Below, piece by piece: positions 25,801-38,620 of a stretch of DNA of 64,000 bases (position 1 is its first letter; each line of letters begins with the position of its first letter). Under the pieces are notes generated by a model. The model was not told the origin of the DNA. It saw nothing but the letters and a program-made list of their open reading frames with translations, and made no database searches. The DNA comes from Marsupella aquatica (lineage: Eukaryota; Plantae; Marchantiophyta). The stretch spans positions 1,015,573 to 1,079,572 of the forward strand of contig OZ316899.1 in the NCBI GenBank assembly GCA_973895155.1. The letters are read 5' to 3'. The translations under genes were made by a program, and so were the position numbers.

Positions 25801-27668
25801 GTTCAAGATTGGACAGGCGCAAGTGAGATTGGGATGCCTGTCTTCACCAAGATGGGCATCCTGTGGCCTTTGAGTCATGTACGTTGGAAAATCATTGGAT
25901 CACACCTAAAAGGGAAATGTATGTTGTGATCTATGTGTTGAAGAAGTGGGAGATTTACCTTAAGAACGGTCCCAAAGTGGTAATCCACACAGATAGCTCG
26001 TCGGCCGAGTACTTCAGTTCTAAGCCAAGGCTGAACCCCAAGGAAATGCGCTGGCAGATGTTCTTGGCGGATTTTGATTTTGAAGTCCGTCACGTTCCTG
26101 GGAAGACAAACACGGCAGCTGACGCATTATCGCGTAAGGACCATCATCGTGTCAATGGGATCACGAGGCTCGAATTTGAGTGGCCAAAGGTTCTGGCCGC
26201 AGCGTATGAGGATGACAGGTTGGCTAAGGAATGGCAAAGCAATGGGGGTAGCAAAGGCAAGGTAAGGCACGTGTCATTGGGGTTGGATATGACGCATAAT
26301 GTTCAGGTATGGTGATGCAAGCAGAGGCGTTTGTACATACCAGAGTCTCTAAGGTTAGAGGTTCTGCAAAAGTACCACGACTCGCCCTGGGGAGGGCATG
26401 GAGGAGAATCCGCTACATATCGCAGCATGTCGCAAGATGTGTATTGGCCAGACATGAAGCAATCGGTCCTTCGCCACGTGCAAAGTTGTTACTCGTGCCA
26501 AAAGAACCAAACGGTCTATAGGGCAAAAGGAGGACTTCTGCAACCCTTACCGGTAGCTGCGGCTCCATGGGAGTCTATCTCCATGGACTTCATTGTTGGG
26601 TTACCTGAGTCCCACGGCAGTAACTCCATCTTAACAATCGTGGATCATTTTTCCAAGATGCGTATTTCTTGCCTACTATGAAAATCGTTTCGGCCCAAGA
26701 GGTTGCCGGTCTAGTGTTTGACAATGTCTTCGACAATGGGGATTGTCGTTGCATATCCTGTCCAATCGTGATACCAAGTTCACAGACCATTTTTGGAAGG
26801 CGTTGTTCCGGTTATCCAGGACGGACCTGACTAGGGGATCAGCGTATCATCATGAGACAGATGGCCAAACGGAACGGGTGAATGGTATCGTGGAGGACTA
26901 CTTGCGTCACTTTGTGATGGCCAATCAAAAGGATTGGGCAAAACACTTAACAATGGCCGAGTTTAGGTATAACTCGACAAGCATTCAGCAACGGGTTTTG
27001 CGCCGTTTGTATTGGCCATAGGGAGGATGCCGAGGGCGCCCTCCTGGTTTATAAATCCGGAAGCTTGGTGGATGGAAAGCAAAGTTCCTTCTGCGGACAA
27101 TTTTATTTGAGAGCAACGCCTAGTTGTGGAAGCGGCTACCAAGGGTATGACACTTGCCCAAAGTTGGTACAAGGAGCAAGGGGATAAACATCGACGCTAG
27201 GTAAGCTTTGAAATTGGGGAGAGCGTCTGGTTGCAGTTGAGACCTGAGCAATACCACGGGAACATAAGTAGGAAGCTAGGTCCCAGATATGCGGTGCCCT
27301 ATCGCATCATACAATGGGCCCACAAGCATAATCTGGTTTTGGTGGTGTTGGGGACACCCAAGGAAATGGACGTGGGCAAAAGCTACCATGTTAGTCGGCT
27401 CAAGAAGTTTGTCAAAGACAATGATCCCAAGCGGGATCAAGTCTTGCTTCCGGACGCCATGCTGGTGGAGGACGCTGAGGAGTTTGAGGTGGAGGCGATT
27501 CTGGATCACCGTTACAAACGCAAGTTGGGAAGGCAAATCTTAGAGTATTTGGTGAAGTGGGTTGGCTATGATCAGGCCAAGAGTACTTGGGAACCGGAAG
27601 AAAATTTGGGTAATGCCTTAGAGATCCTTGGAAGCTATTGTAAGCGAAGCGGCCTACCGCCGTTGTGA
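22884..27668 (+). pseudogene. Chromovirus gag-pol with C-terminal chromodomain, fragmented
   Basis: Gag core (FLSWL..ALTWY), CFTCGAMGHQSKDC, LVDIGA protease motif, KVDLRSGYYQ and FIDDI, HDSPWGGH..CYSC, ISMDFIVGLP, FEVEAILDHR..YLVKWVGY..STWEP. Confidence 0.92.
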
Positions 27669-29596
27669 ACTGGTACAGGCAATTGTAGCTACCTTTGTGA
27701 GTTGTATCCTAGATTCACTTCTCTCGGCCTCTTAAGGATAAAGTTGGATTGCGTTGGGGCTAGAAATTGTTGGGCGGCCAATTTGTTTTTGGCGAGTGGA
27801 AGTAGATGGTGCCCGCCTTACATCTATGGGCGGGCTGGTTTGAACTAAAGGGGAGTACCCCGAGGGGAGGACAATGGGTCCGACGTGTAGGGAGTTAGCT
27901 TACCCGATTGGACTGCCATCCTACTTGGATAAGTGGGATAGGTTGGAATTTCCTAAGTCTAGAATGCGCATACCAACTTGGTTTGCATCAGCCTTATGGG
28001 CAAACCATTTGTTACCTCATAAATTTTTTATTGCCCAAAGTGGTCTAGGCGTGTTGGAACATTTACTTAGGTCACGCGAACGTGACCATTTTTCAGGGGG
28101 GATGCAAGTCGCGGAACTCAACTACCTTAACACTTAGCTGTAGCGTTGCTAACTCTGACGCCGAGCTCCCTTGTGGTCCAGGCCCGGATAGGCCATCCGG
28201 GGAGGACTTAGCATGGGGAGACTTGTGAGCAACGAGACGTGGCGCTAGCAAAGGCAAGGGGCCAAGCTGGTGACACACACTAAGGACTTGGACTAGGTGG
28301 GAGCTGGTCGGGTCAAGGGGAAATGGGTCGGGCTTAAGGATAACCGTCTGGACCTCCGGATGGTCCTTGAGTTCTAAGGGCTTGGGTGTGAGCTCCTCTT
28401 GGGCCCAAGGCCCATGGAGTTGACGCCAAGGGCAACAGACGCTTGGGGTGCAAGTTATGGCCCGATCCAGGTTGGGCCGATCGGGGGCCCTGAACGCAAT
28501 GAGACCTGAGGACCTAGGCATGAGCACTGGGTTGGCCCAATCATAACGGGCTAAGGCACTCTGCTTGCGGATGCCTAACGAGAAAGTTATGGGCGTTGCC
28601 AGTTGGTGGCGCGCCCATTATGCGCGATAGGATCCGGGTTGGGGGCCAAATGGTTAGGGACCAAAGTTGGTCTGGGGGTGGCAGGTCTCTAGAAGCATAT
28701 ATGAGGGGAGTGGTGTCTCCCTGGGGGCTAAGGGCGAGCCGAAGTTGTGAGCCGCAGCGGTCACGACACTAAGGGAAACCGCCAAACAGAAACGGCGATA
28801 TCTTCCCAATGGGAAGTCCATTGGAGGACTTCTTGGGTGCGTTGAAAATCTCTCAAGGAGGGCTACCCTTAACCCTAAACTCTTGAGCTCAGATGGGTCT
28901 AGAGGCACCTTGGGTTCTTGGGGTTTGCAGGTGTTAACTCGTCCGCTTGCCAAATCCAGTCAAACAGCAGCCAAGCCGTGTTTAGTCTCCCAAGGAAGCT
29001 TGCGTCAGGGAGGCAAGGCCAAGTAGGTATGGAGGTTGATTTCCAAGTGTGCTAGATCCCTAGACCGTCAGTGGGGTGAGTCGGGAGTTGGTTGCTGAGG
29101 CGGGGCCATTCTGGTCCCAGCGTGTTGGGACAAGCTTTAGGACAAGCTATGCTACTTGGGTCATGAGCATGTCCTGAGGTCAGGGCGGTCAGTTGGTGAT
29201 GGATAGGTATGAGGGGGAACCCGGGCCGCGCCCAAGGAAGGAGCTGTTTTGGACGAACAGTGGGCGTGGGTTCTGGTTCCGGCTTATGGTATCGGGAGGA
29301 CCTATCGCTGACCTATTTACCAACGTCTGTTGAGCTTGAGTTAGGATGCTAGACTTGGCGAGTTCTAGATCCTGAAGGGTTACTTACTGAGGTGCTTGGT
29401 TGCTTGTGTAGATAGTGAGGACCATTGAGTAGCAGTCGTGTAGGTGAGCAAGCGCGGCTTCATATGGGAGGGCCGCTGGCGGTGCAAGGGGCACTAGGGT
29501 GCTTGCTTGAGGTATTCCGTGGAGGCGTTGGGGCACCAGGGGCACTTAGGTGTGAGTGTTGGGATTGGTGAGGGCGCAAGGTGGCAAGGTCCACCA
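27664..29596 (+). repeat. 3' LTR of chromovirus E (~1.93 kb)
   Basis: TGTGAAC..GGTCCACCA; direct repeat of 21339-22801; further copies at 32915 and 35975. Confidence 0.8.
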
Positions 29597-30900
29597 TTCC
29601 CGGACAGCCTTAGCAGAGCAGGCCAGGCTCGAAAAGGACGCCGAGATCGCATGGCTCCGGACCAAGATTGATGGTTGAAGGGACAAGCCGTCATTTGGCA
29701 GAAGGATCTGGAGGAAGCTGACTCTTGGTCTCAGTGAGACGCAGCCGAGATTGACACCCTGAAGATAGAAGTGGCGCGGCTTCAAGGAGAAGCCACAAAG
29801 TAGGCCTAGTTGGTGGATAAGCTGACGAGCGACATCCAGCAATTGGAGGAGGCATGCCAGGAGACCGCGGAGGAGAGGGACGCGGCAAAGCGAGAGAACA
29901 AATCTCTGTTGGATCAGGTCCAGCTACTCAAGCAGGATGCCGACAGGCTCAGGAGGCAGCGGGATAGCCGCTCCCACTCGGGCGGCTTTGGCAAGCGTGC
30001 TAGGCATTAGCGGTGGAGTAGGATTAAAATAGAGGTAGGAGTAGCTAAATTGGGCTATAGGGACAAGCGCCTGCCCTAGTTAAAGCGGTGTTGCCATACT
30101 GTCCAGCCTGCGTAGATTAGAATCTTCTAATAAGACAAGCCGTTTTCCGGCCTGACAACCAGCTTAGTTAGGATCTTAGTTAGTGAATATTTGGGCTCGA
30201 GGCCACTCCGGTCCTCGGCCCTTAGTATTTAGTGCACCCCTCGGTAGAGGCAAGGGGTTTTTAGTCTCAGAGTTGGACATCCACGGTATATGCGGGGAGT
30301 TCCAACCTCTGTGAGTGAAAGAGTACCAAGGGGAGGGGGTAGGACTAAGCTTGTTGGGCGAGTGCAGAGCCGGGCTCCATTGTAGTGTACACCCTTGGCC
30401 TTGGACCTGTTCATTCAAGAGCTTTTGGGTCAACTAAGTGTACGTGTATGTCCCCTATGTAGTAAAATCCTTTCCCATTATTTTCTTCGTGTAAATCAAG
30501 ATTGTATGCTTGTGTGTGTATATGTGTGAATCTTGTGTATGGGTGCCAACACTTGGCCGAATGCACTACCCAAGCCGTGCACGGGGTGCAGCTTGCGGGT
30601 AAGTGGTCGCGAGCACGGGTTGAGTGACCGTATCATCGAATCTAGATCGAAGGTGGACAACAAGAAGGCTTAAAAGCCCATAAGCAGGGGTCGATCCCGC
30701 TATCAACTAAGGTACGTTCCGGTGGCGGAACACAAACCATACCTAGGAGGTGTTCGTAAGTAACAGTAGATGCACTTAGCGCTAGTTTACGTGAGTTAGG
30801 TGCATTCCGTGCTTTCCTCCCTGCCCGAACCCCCATATTTACGAAGGATGTGCCTGTCTAAGCCAAAGCCCGGGTTAAGGCCTAGGCTGACGACGTGACA
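29597..30900 (+). mobile_element. Distal part of a family A LTR (A3), including the coiled-coil end of the LTR ORF
   Basis: Encodes ..RRQRDSRSHSGGFGKRARH*; ends GACGACGTGACA; no PBS follows. Confidence 0.88.
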
Positions 30901-31960
30901 GGCTTAGTTCGCAGACCTTGTGTATGAGAAATACTCCTTGTATGGCAATGGCATGGTATAACTTAGTCAGTAGGAGTCATCTTTCTAGTTGTGTGTCGCA
31001 TCAACTTGTGTGAAGATTGCCCACATCAACTGCAAGAGAGAAAGGAAGTTTAGGAGCAAGCGGCTACCCAAGCTGATTGGGCCTCATTTGGGGGCAGAAT
31101 CCAAACATACCTGAACAGAGACCGATATAAGAGAGTAAGGAGAAGCCTAGAGTAGGTCAGGTGCATATCTCATGACCCAATGAAGGATCTGTCCAATATA
31201 TGTGGTTAAAAAGTTAATAGAGTAGAGTTAGCAACGTCCCATACCGATAAGCCGCAGAACCGGCCTTGGCAGGAGCGAAACTGGTGGGAATCGGCTTGTT
31301 CAAGGAGGATTCTTGGGTTTAGAGAGTCATGGGACGCACCACATTTTTGGCGCTAGATGGAGGGGGAATTTCTTAAGCCGTGAGATATGGAGCTAAGTAA
31401 AGAAGCATAGGTAATGACTGAACCTACACCAAGGGAGGAAAGAGCGATACAATGAAGAGATCTCATTTGCAACAGATCGCCGAGTGGTAGGAAACATAGT
31501 GACTGAGAGTGGCAGATAGAGCTAGTAGCTCCGTAATAGAGAGTGGTGTTGAGGAGGAGGAATTAGACAAAGGGTCGGTTACCTGGAGTTTGTTCAATTC
31601 AAGCGCAGCTCCCCAACTGAGAGCATGGGGGAACCAGAGCCAAGACTAGGCGAGAGGGGAGGAACCAGGCTGAGTCAACAATTGCGCATCCATTACAAGG
31701 CATTTCATGGCAGAGGAGATTAGGATCCTGATGAATGGTTGGATGACTTTGAAGGGACTGTTGCAGCGAATGGAGAGTCAGCCAATAGGATGCAAAACCT
31801 TCTTGGTTAGTTCAAGGGTGAGGCAAGACCGTGGTACAGAGCACTAGATGTTGAGGAGTAGTCCACCTGGAACTCTTCAAATTGTTGTTTGTTAAGGAGT
31901 TTCGACCCATTTGACTCAAAGGCCACAGGACACCCATCTTGATGAAGACAAGTGCCAATG
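30901..31960 (+). mobile_element. 3' end of a B-like 5' LTR, PBS and gag N-terminal remnant
   Basis: Similar to the reverse complement of 12582-12950; LTR ends GCACCACA at 31343; HYKAFHG..DPDEW gag motif near 31690. Confidence 0.75.
31348..31366 (+). promoter_or_regulatory. Primer binding site, tRNA-Asn type
   Basis: TGGCGCTAGATGGAGGGGG, 4 nt after the LTR end. Confidence 0.8.
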
Positions 31961-32914
31961 GCGTAATCACTTGCGTTTGTCCAAATCTAGAACGGTTTCC
32001 CCATCTCAGGTAACTTTAGATATAGGTTTATGTAAGAAACTTGTCATTTTTTTTGCTTTTTGAACAAGGAATAGTAAGAAAGACGTTTGAGTGTTAGCAA
32101 AGTATTTAGGGTTTGCAACCCTAAGTAACTAGGGAAGGCTAGTAGGAAATAATGTAAGGGAAAAGATATGATGTTTCAAGAAAGTGTCAAGGGATAACTA
32201 AGGTCTTTATGGTAGGGCTTTAGTTAGAATAGACGACTAAATGGGGCCGGAAAATGACCCGACACTTGAAGTCTTGGTTTTGGTTAAAGATTTTTTCCAT
32301 AGGTGCTAGGAGGTCCTTAGAGCACCCCTGTGAAGTATGACGTCAAGTGGGGTCTCAACCTAGGGTTTCCTTGTGTTTTGGTGGGACTTAAATTAACAAA
32401 ATAGCGGGTCTCGGGAAACATAGTTGATGGGGAAGGTAGGGGTTCCAAGTTGGAAAGTAGGTTAAATATGGTCCACTCTATCCCTAGAAACTTGTGGAAA
32501 AACTTGGTTACCTTTGGTTACCTTTTGGGAGCATCTCAAAGTTAAGAAGTTTGGAAAATATAAGAATTAACCCTCTTTATCTAATTTTAGAAAATCATTT
32601 CTAAGATTTTGTGTAGATATTAGTAAACCGGGACATAGTCATATGTCTAGAGAATCTGTAGATCTACTCAAAAGTCATTTTGGACTCATGTGTGATTTTT
32701 GGGGGTGGTCCAAAACGGCCTGGAAATACTTTTTTCCAACAAAAAATCCAAAATTTTAAGTGTCAACCGCGTCGGCGGCGAACACGACTTTAGCAAGAGG
32801 CCGGGGAGACTCAAGCATGAGGTTAGGAACACCATAAGGGTCAATACATGAGATGCTTGCTTCAAATTGGGATCAAGAGGCAACTACGAAATTGAATTGA
32901 GCTGTTATAGCTAG

Positions 32915-34391
32915 TGGTGGACCTACCACCCAGCGTCCTCACCAATCCCAGCACTCACGCCTAAGTGCCTTTGGTGCTCGAATGCCTCCATGGAATACCT
33001 CGAGCAAGCAACCAAGTGCCCCTTGCACCGCCAGCAGCCCCTCCCATACGAGACCGCACTTGCTCTCTAACACGACCGCTACTCAACGGTCCTCACTATC
33101 TGCACAAGCCACCAAGCACCTTGGTAAGTAACCCTTCAGAATCTAGAACTCGCCAATTCTAGCATCCTAACTCAAGCTCAACAGATGTTGGTAAATAGGT
33201 CAACGATAAGTCCTCTCGATGCCATAAGCCGGAATCAGAACCCACGCCCGTTGTTCGTCCAGAACAGCCCCTTCCTTGGGCGCAGCCCAGGTTCCCCCTC
33301 GTACCTATCCATCACCAACTGACTGCCCTGACCTCAAGACCTGCTCATGCCCCAAATAGCGTAGCTTGTCCTAAAGCTTGTCCCAAGCTTGTCCTAACAC
33401 GCCGGGACCAGAATGGCCCCGACCCTAGAATCCAACTCTCGGTTCACCTCATCGATGGTCTAGGGACCGAGCACCCTTGGAACTCAACCTCCATACCTAC
33501 TTGGCCTTGCCTCCCCAACGCAAGCTCCATTGGGAGACTGAACGTGGTTTGGCTGCTATTCGGCAAGATTTGGCAAATGGGCGAGCTAACACTCGCAAAC
33601 CTTGAGACCCCAAGGCACCCCCAGACCCAGCTGATCTCAAGAGGGCGAGCCCTCCTCAAGAGCTTTCCAACGCACCTAAGAAGTCCTCCAACAGACTTCT
33701 CGTTGGGAACATATCGTCATTTCCGTTTGGCGGTTTCCCTTAGTGTCGCGATCGCCGCGGCTCACGACTTCGGCTCGCCCTTAGCCCCCAGGGAGACACC
33801 ACTCCCCTCATATATGCTTTTGGAGACCTGCCACCCCCGGACCAGCTTTGATCCCTAAACATTTGGCCCCCAACCCGGATCCCATCGCGCATAATGGGCG
33901 GGCCACCAACTGACAACGCCCATAACTTTCTTGATAGGCGTCCGCAAGCGGAGTGCCTTATCCCGTTGTGATCGGGCCGACCCAGTGCTCATGCCTAGGC
34001 CCTCAAGTCTGATCATCGCTCGGGGCCCCGTATCGGGCCACAACTTGCGCCCCAAGCGTCCGTTGCCAATGGCGTCAACTCCATTGGCTTTTTGCCCAAG
34101 ATGAGCTCACTCCCAAGTCCTCAGAACTCAAAGTCCATCTGGAGGTCCGGACGGCCATCCTTGAGCCTGGCCCATTTCTCCTTGACCCGACCGGCCATCG
34201 GCTAGTCCAAGTCCCTAGTGTGTGCCCCCAGCTTGGCTCCTTGCCTTGCTAGTGCCACGTCTCATTGCCCACAAGTCTCCCCATACTAAGTCCTCCCCGG
34301 ATGGCCTATCTAGGCCTGGACCATAAGGGAGCTCAGCGTCGGAGTCAGCGATGCCAGAGCTAAGTGTTAAGGTAGTTGAGTTCCGCGACTT
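32915..34391 (-). mobile_element. Truncated chromovirus E LTR copy
   Basis: Reverse complement of ~28100-29596. Confidence 0.85.
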
Positions 34392-35974
34392 AGCTTCAGG
34401 CATGGGATGTTGATTAGAATTGGCTGGCTGCCACGATGCTGCTGATTGGAATAGAGCTGCTTGCTATGGAGAAATAGGTTGTTGCTGATCAAGAGATGGC
34501 TGGCTGGCTGTGAGCTATGGTGGGCTACAAAATTGAAGGGCTGGAAGCTGATCAGACTGGCTGCTGCACTAGAATTAGAAGGGCTAGCTTCAAGCGCGAG
34601 ATGTTGAGTGCTGGCTGATTAGTAAGCATGCTGCAAGCTCAATAGGATTGCTGCTCTGCTAGCTACAAAGTTGAGAAGGGTTAGCTATAGCTGGCTGCTG
34701 GAGAATAGAGCTAGGCTGCTAGCAAATTGATTGAATGTAGTAGGGAAAGGACCAGCTGCAAGGAAGAAATTAAGAGGGCTAGCTGCAAATTGGTGGGCCA
34801 TGGCTGCTGCAAAAATCTGCTGCAATTTTGAATCACTTGCAAGGCTGGATGGCTATGGAGGTGGACTGAGAAGGTTGCTGCAAACCTGGTTGAGCTGTCG
34901 ATTGACCTGCTGCCATTCGAATCCAACAGAGAATGTTGCCGTTTCAGATTGAATTCAAGAGAGGAAAATGGTTGCGAAAGTTGATGTCCTTATCAAATTC
35001 TTCATAAGAAACGTGAGTATAATGAGAGTACTCTCCTCTGGTGACACCTAGAATCTCCATAAGGGGCGTGTAAAGAGTAAGTATAATTGGATCGCCGTTT
35101 ATACCCGCTTTACACCAAAAACAGGCCTTGGAAGAATGGGCATAACTTTGGCTAGGGGTATACGTTGGGGCCCAAATGTTTTGTGTTGCATTAGGGAAGG
35201 TAAGGCACCCCTTGGTGAAGTTGGAAACCCAGAAAAAAAACCACCCAAATATATTTTTAGCGGAGGCCACGAGGGGGTCCCGATAGCTTGCAAACCGAAG
35301 CCAACATACGGGAATGAACACCAGATTTAGGGACTGACCTTTCTCGCACTCATACCACTTTAGTTAGGCTCTAGGGAAGAGTAATTACCTTTGTTCAAAG
35401 GTGTAAGGCCATCAAGTTAAGAGAAGTAAGTATAGGGGGTAGGTTACTTAGGGTAATAAAAGGGGTACAAGTAAAATAAGGTCAACTTTGACTAGGCATA
35501 ACTTGAGACTCACTCACTCTTTTTGCAACTTTCAAGTGGGTTGGAAAGCTGGTGAGGAGGACCATAAGTGGGAGCAGGTTTGGAGGTCAAAGGATGTAAC
35601 TCATGTGTGGCATATTCTAGGGCTTGAAAGGAGGCAAAATAGCAAGTAGTAGGGTGGGCTATGAACTATAGAGTTGGACTTTGTGTGTTAGGAGGACTCG
35701 GGGGAGGTAGAGTTGGACCCAGGTCAAGCTTGGTGTGGTGTGGAAAGAGAATAGTATAAAAGAAGGAAGTTTTCCTTTGTGAGGGACCGGGAGTTTCATC
35801 TCTTAAGTGGAATCTCTACCTTGCCAAGGTAGGGCTAAGCTTGAGAAGGGAGAGGTGGCCCATGCTTAGTGTGGAGAATGTGTAGTGAACTTTTGTTGTA
35901 AGGATTGAGTATGCAATGAAAGGAGCCTTCCCAATCTTCATTGTGACCATTAAATGTGAGAGAATTTGCAGTAG

Positions 35975-38620
35975 TGGTGGACCTTGCCACCCAGTGCCCT
36001 CACCATTCCCAACACTCACGCCTAAGTGCCCCTAATGCCCGAACACCTCCACGGAATACCTCGAGCAAGCGCCCTAGTGCCCCTTGCACCACCAACGCTC
36101 CCTCCCATACAAAGCCGCACTTGCTCACCTACATGACCGCTACTCAATGATCCTCACTGTCTGCACAAGCAACCAAGCAGCTTGGTAAGTAACCCTTCAA
36201 GATCTAGAACTTGCCAAGTCTAGCACTGTGATGCCTTGCCAGGATCACGAAGTAATAATTAGGCCTAAAATAATGGCTAAATAAGGATAGATAGAGAGTA
36301 TAAGGTAACAATAAAGACCGATGCCGATTACTACGTGTTAGAGGATAAGGGAAAGGATCCAACGGTTGAGATCCGACGGGATTTGAGTTATGACCTAATC
36401 CATGCTTGATCACAAAGACCACTAAGTGGCGGCTTTGGAGTGAGAAGACCAATACTCTGCCATTTTGCATTCTTGTGTACACGGTCTCAACATTGAGGAG
36501 CGACTGTCAGTCGAGTGCATGTGGTGGATTGGGAGATTGCGCAAGTTCTGGGCATTTGGTGGAATGAACACGGTGAATCAGGCGGGGAAGTTTTGGGGCT
36601 GTTTGCTTGAAGAAGCAAGGCAACTGATACCTACGTATGAAGACGTTGAGCCAGAGCGCGCAGCTAGAGAAAGAGCGGAGCTTGCGCGATTGTGGAGAAT
36701 TCACAAAACGGCATTTGTAGATACGGAGGAGGTGTTGGAAAAGTTCTCATGGACACCCACCAGTGCAAAGCTTGACAAATTGCTGATTCGGGAGAATAAG
36801 GTCGTGGGGATTAGGGAGGCAATCAAGAACGCATGGCAACCACTTTGGGAATTGAAGGGTCACACTACGAAGTGGACTAAGGAAGCTATTCTTGGGGAGT
36901 ATTTAGGTATTGAAGAGATGAAGCGCAAGGGAAGGGTCCGCAACTCCAGCAAAGCAAACTAGGTCAGAGAGACCAATCAAGATGGAAGTCGGGCCAGTTA
37001 GAGATCGGGCTGTAGATGATAAATCCATGTCAGGATGGGCGTACAGGTTACCTACCGATTTACAATTATAGTTTGCAAGAGATGAGGATGAGGTCTTCAG
37101 TGCCATTTAGGATAATAAATATGTAGGATATATGAATGACACATGCTCATGGCCCAAATAGCATAGCTTGTCCCAAAGCTTGTCCTAACACGTCGGGACC
37201 AGAATGGCCCCGCCTCTAGCAACCAACTCCCGATTTTTCTCACTGATGGTCTAAGGACCAAGCACTCTTGGAACTCAACCTCCACATCTACTTGGCCTTG
37301 CCTCCCCAATGCAAGCTCCCTTGGGAGACTGAACGCGGCTTGACTACTATTCGACAAGATTTGGCAAGCGGGCGAGTTAACACCCTCAAACCCCAAGAAC
37401 CCATGGTGCCCCCAAACCCAGCTGAGATCAGGAGGGCATAGAACCCCTCAAGAGCTTTCCAACGCACCCAAGAAGTCCTCCAAAGGACTTCCCATTGGGA
37501 AGATATTGCCGTTTCCGTTTGGCGGTTTCCCTTAGTGTCGTGACTGCCGCGGTTCACGACTTTGGCTCGCCCTTGGTCCCCAGGGAGACACCACTCCCCT
37601 CATATATGCTTCTGGAGACCTGCCACCCCCGGACCAGCTTTGGTCCCTAAACATTTGGCCCCCAACCCGGATCCTATCGCTCATAATGGGCGCGCCACCA
37701 ACTGGCAACGCCCATAACTCTCTCGTTAGGCATCCGCAAGCGGAGTGCCTTAGCCCGTTGTGATCAGGCCGACCCAGTGCTCATGCCTAGGTCCTCAGGT
37801 CTCATCACCTCTTGGGGGCCTCAATTGGCCCAACCCGGATCGGGCCATAACTTGCGCCCCAAGCGTCCGTTGCCCATGGGGTCAACTCCACGGGCCTTGG
37901 GCCCAAGAGTAGCCCAATCAACCCTCACCCTAAACCCTAAACCCAAGCCCTCAGAACTCAAAGTCCATCCGGAGGTCCATACGGTTGTCCTTGACCCCGA
38001 CCCATTTCCCCTTGACCCGACCAGCTCTCAGCTAGCCCAAGTCCTTAGTGTGTGTCACCAGCTTGGCTCCTTGCTTTTGCTAGCGCCACATCTTGTCGCT
38101 CACAAGTCTCCCCATGCTAAGTCCTCCCCGGATGGCCTATCCAGGCCTGGACCATAAGGGAGCTCGGCGTCGGAGTCAGCAACGCTGGAGCTAAGTGTTA
38201 AGGTAGTCGAGTTCTGCAACTTTCACCCCCCCTTAAAAATGGTCACGTCCGCATGACCTCAGTAGATGTTCCAACACACCTAGAACACTTTGGGCCTTAA
38301 AATTTTTATGAGGTAACAAATGGTTTGCCCATAAGGTTGTTGCAAACCAGATTGGTATGCGCATTCCAGACATAGGAAATTCCAACCTATCCCACTTATC
38401 CAAGTAGGGTGACAGTCCAATCGGGTAAGCTAAATCCAAACTCGTCGGACCCATTGTTCTCCCCTTGGGGTACTCCCCTTTAGTTCGAACAAGCCTGCCC
38501 ACAGATGTTAGGCGGGCACCATCTTCTTCCAGTCGCAAAAAACAAATTGGCCGCCCAACAACCTCTAGCCCCAACGCAATCCGACTTTATCCTTAAGAGG
38601 CCGAGAGGAGTGAAACTAGG
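35975..38620 (-). mobile_element. Chromovirus E LTR copy, interrupted by a family B LTR fragment and cut by the D' LTR
   Basis: 35975-36226 and ~37138-38620 are reverse complements of parts of 27700-29596. Confidence 0.85.
36227..37095 (+). mobile_element. 5' fragment of an undeleted family B LTR with the FW-domain ORF (36465-36962)
   Basis: Starts TGTGATGCCTTGCC; matches the reverse complement of 14700-15193, then continues where those copies are deleted. Right end approximate. Confidence 0.85.

Larger units (their letters stand above)
21339..29596 (+). mobile_element. Decayed chromovirus (Ty3/gypsy with chromodomain integrase), family E
   Basis: 5' LTR remnant 21339-22801, gag-PR-RT-RH-IN-chromodomain 22884-27668, 3' LTR 27664-29596. 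Confidence 0.9.

Noticed and set aside
27664-29596. Long ORF in the chromovirus E LTR (recurring 80-140 aa track ORFs on both strands in four copies)
   Set aside because: The most protein-like frame has stops shared by the copies I checked (e.g. TTC CCT TAG in all four). The recurring ORFs reflect copies of one GC-rich repeat, not a demonstrable gene.
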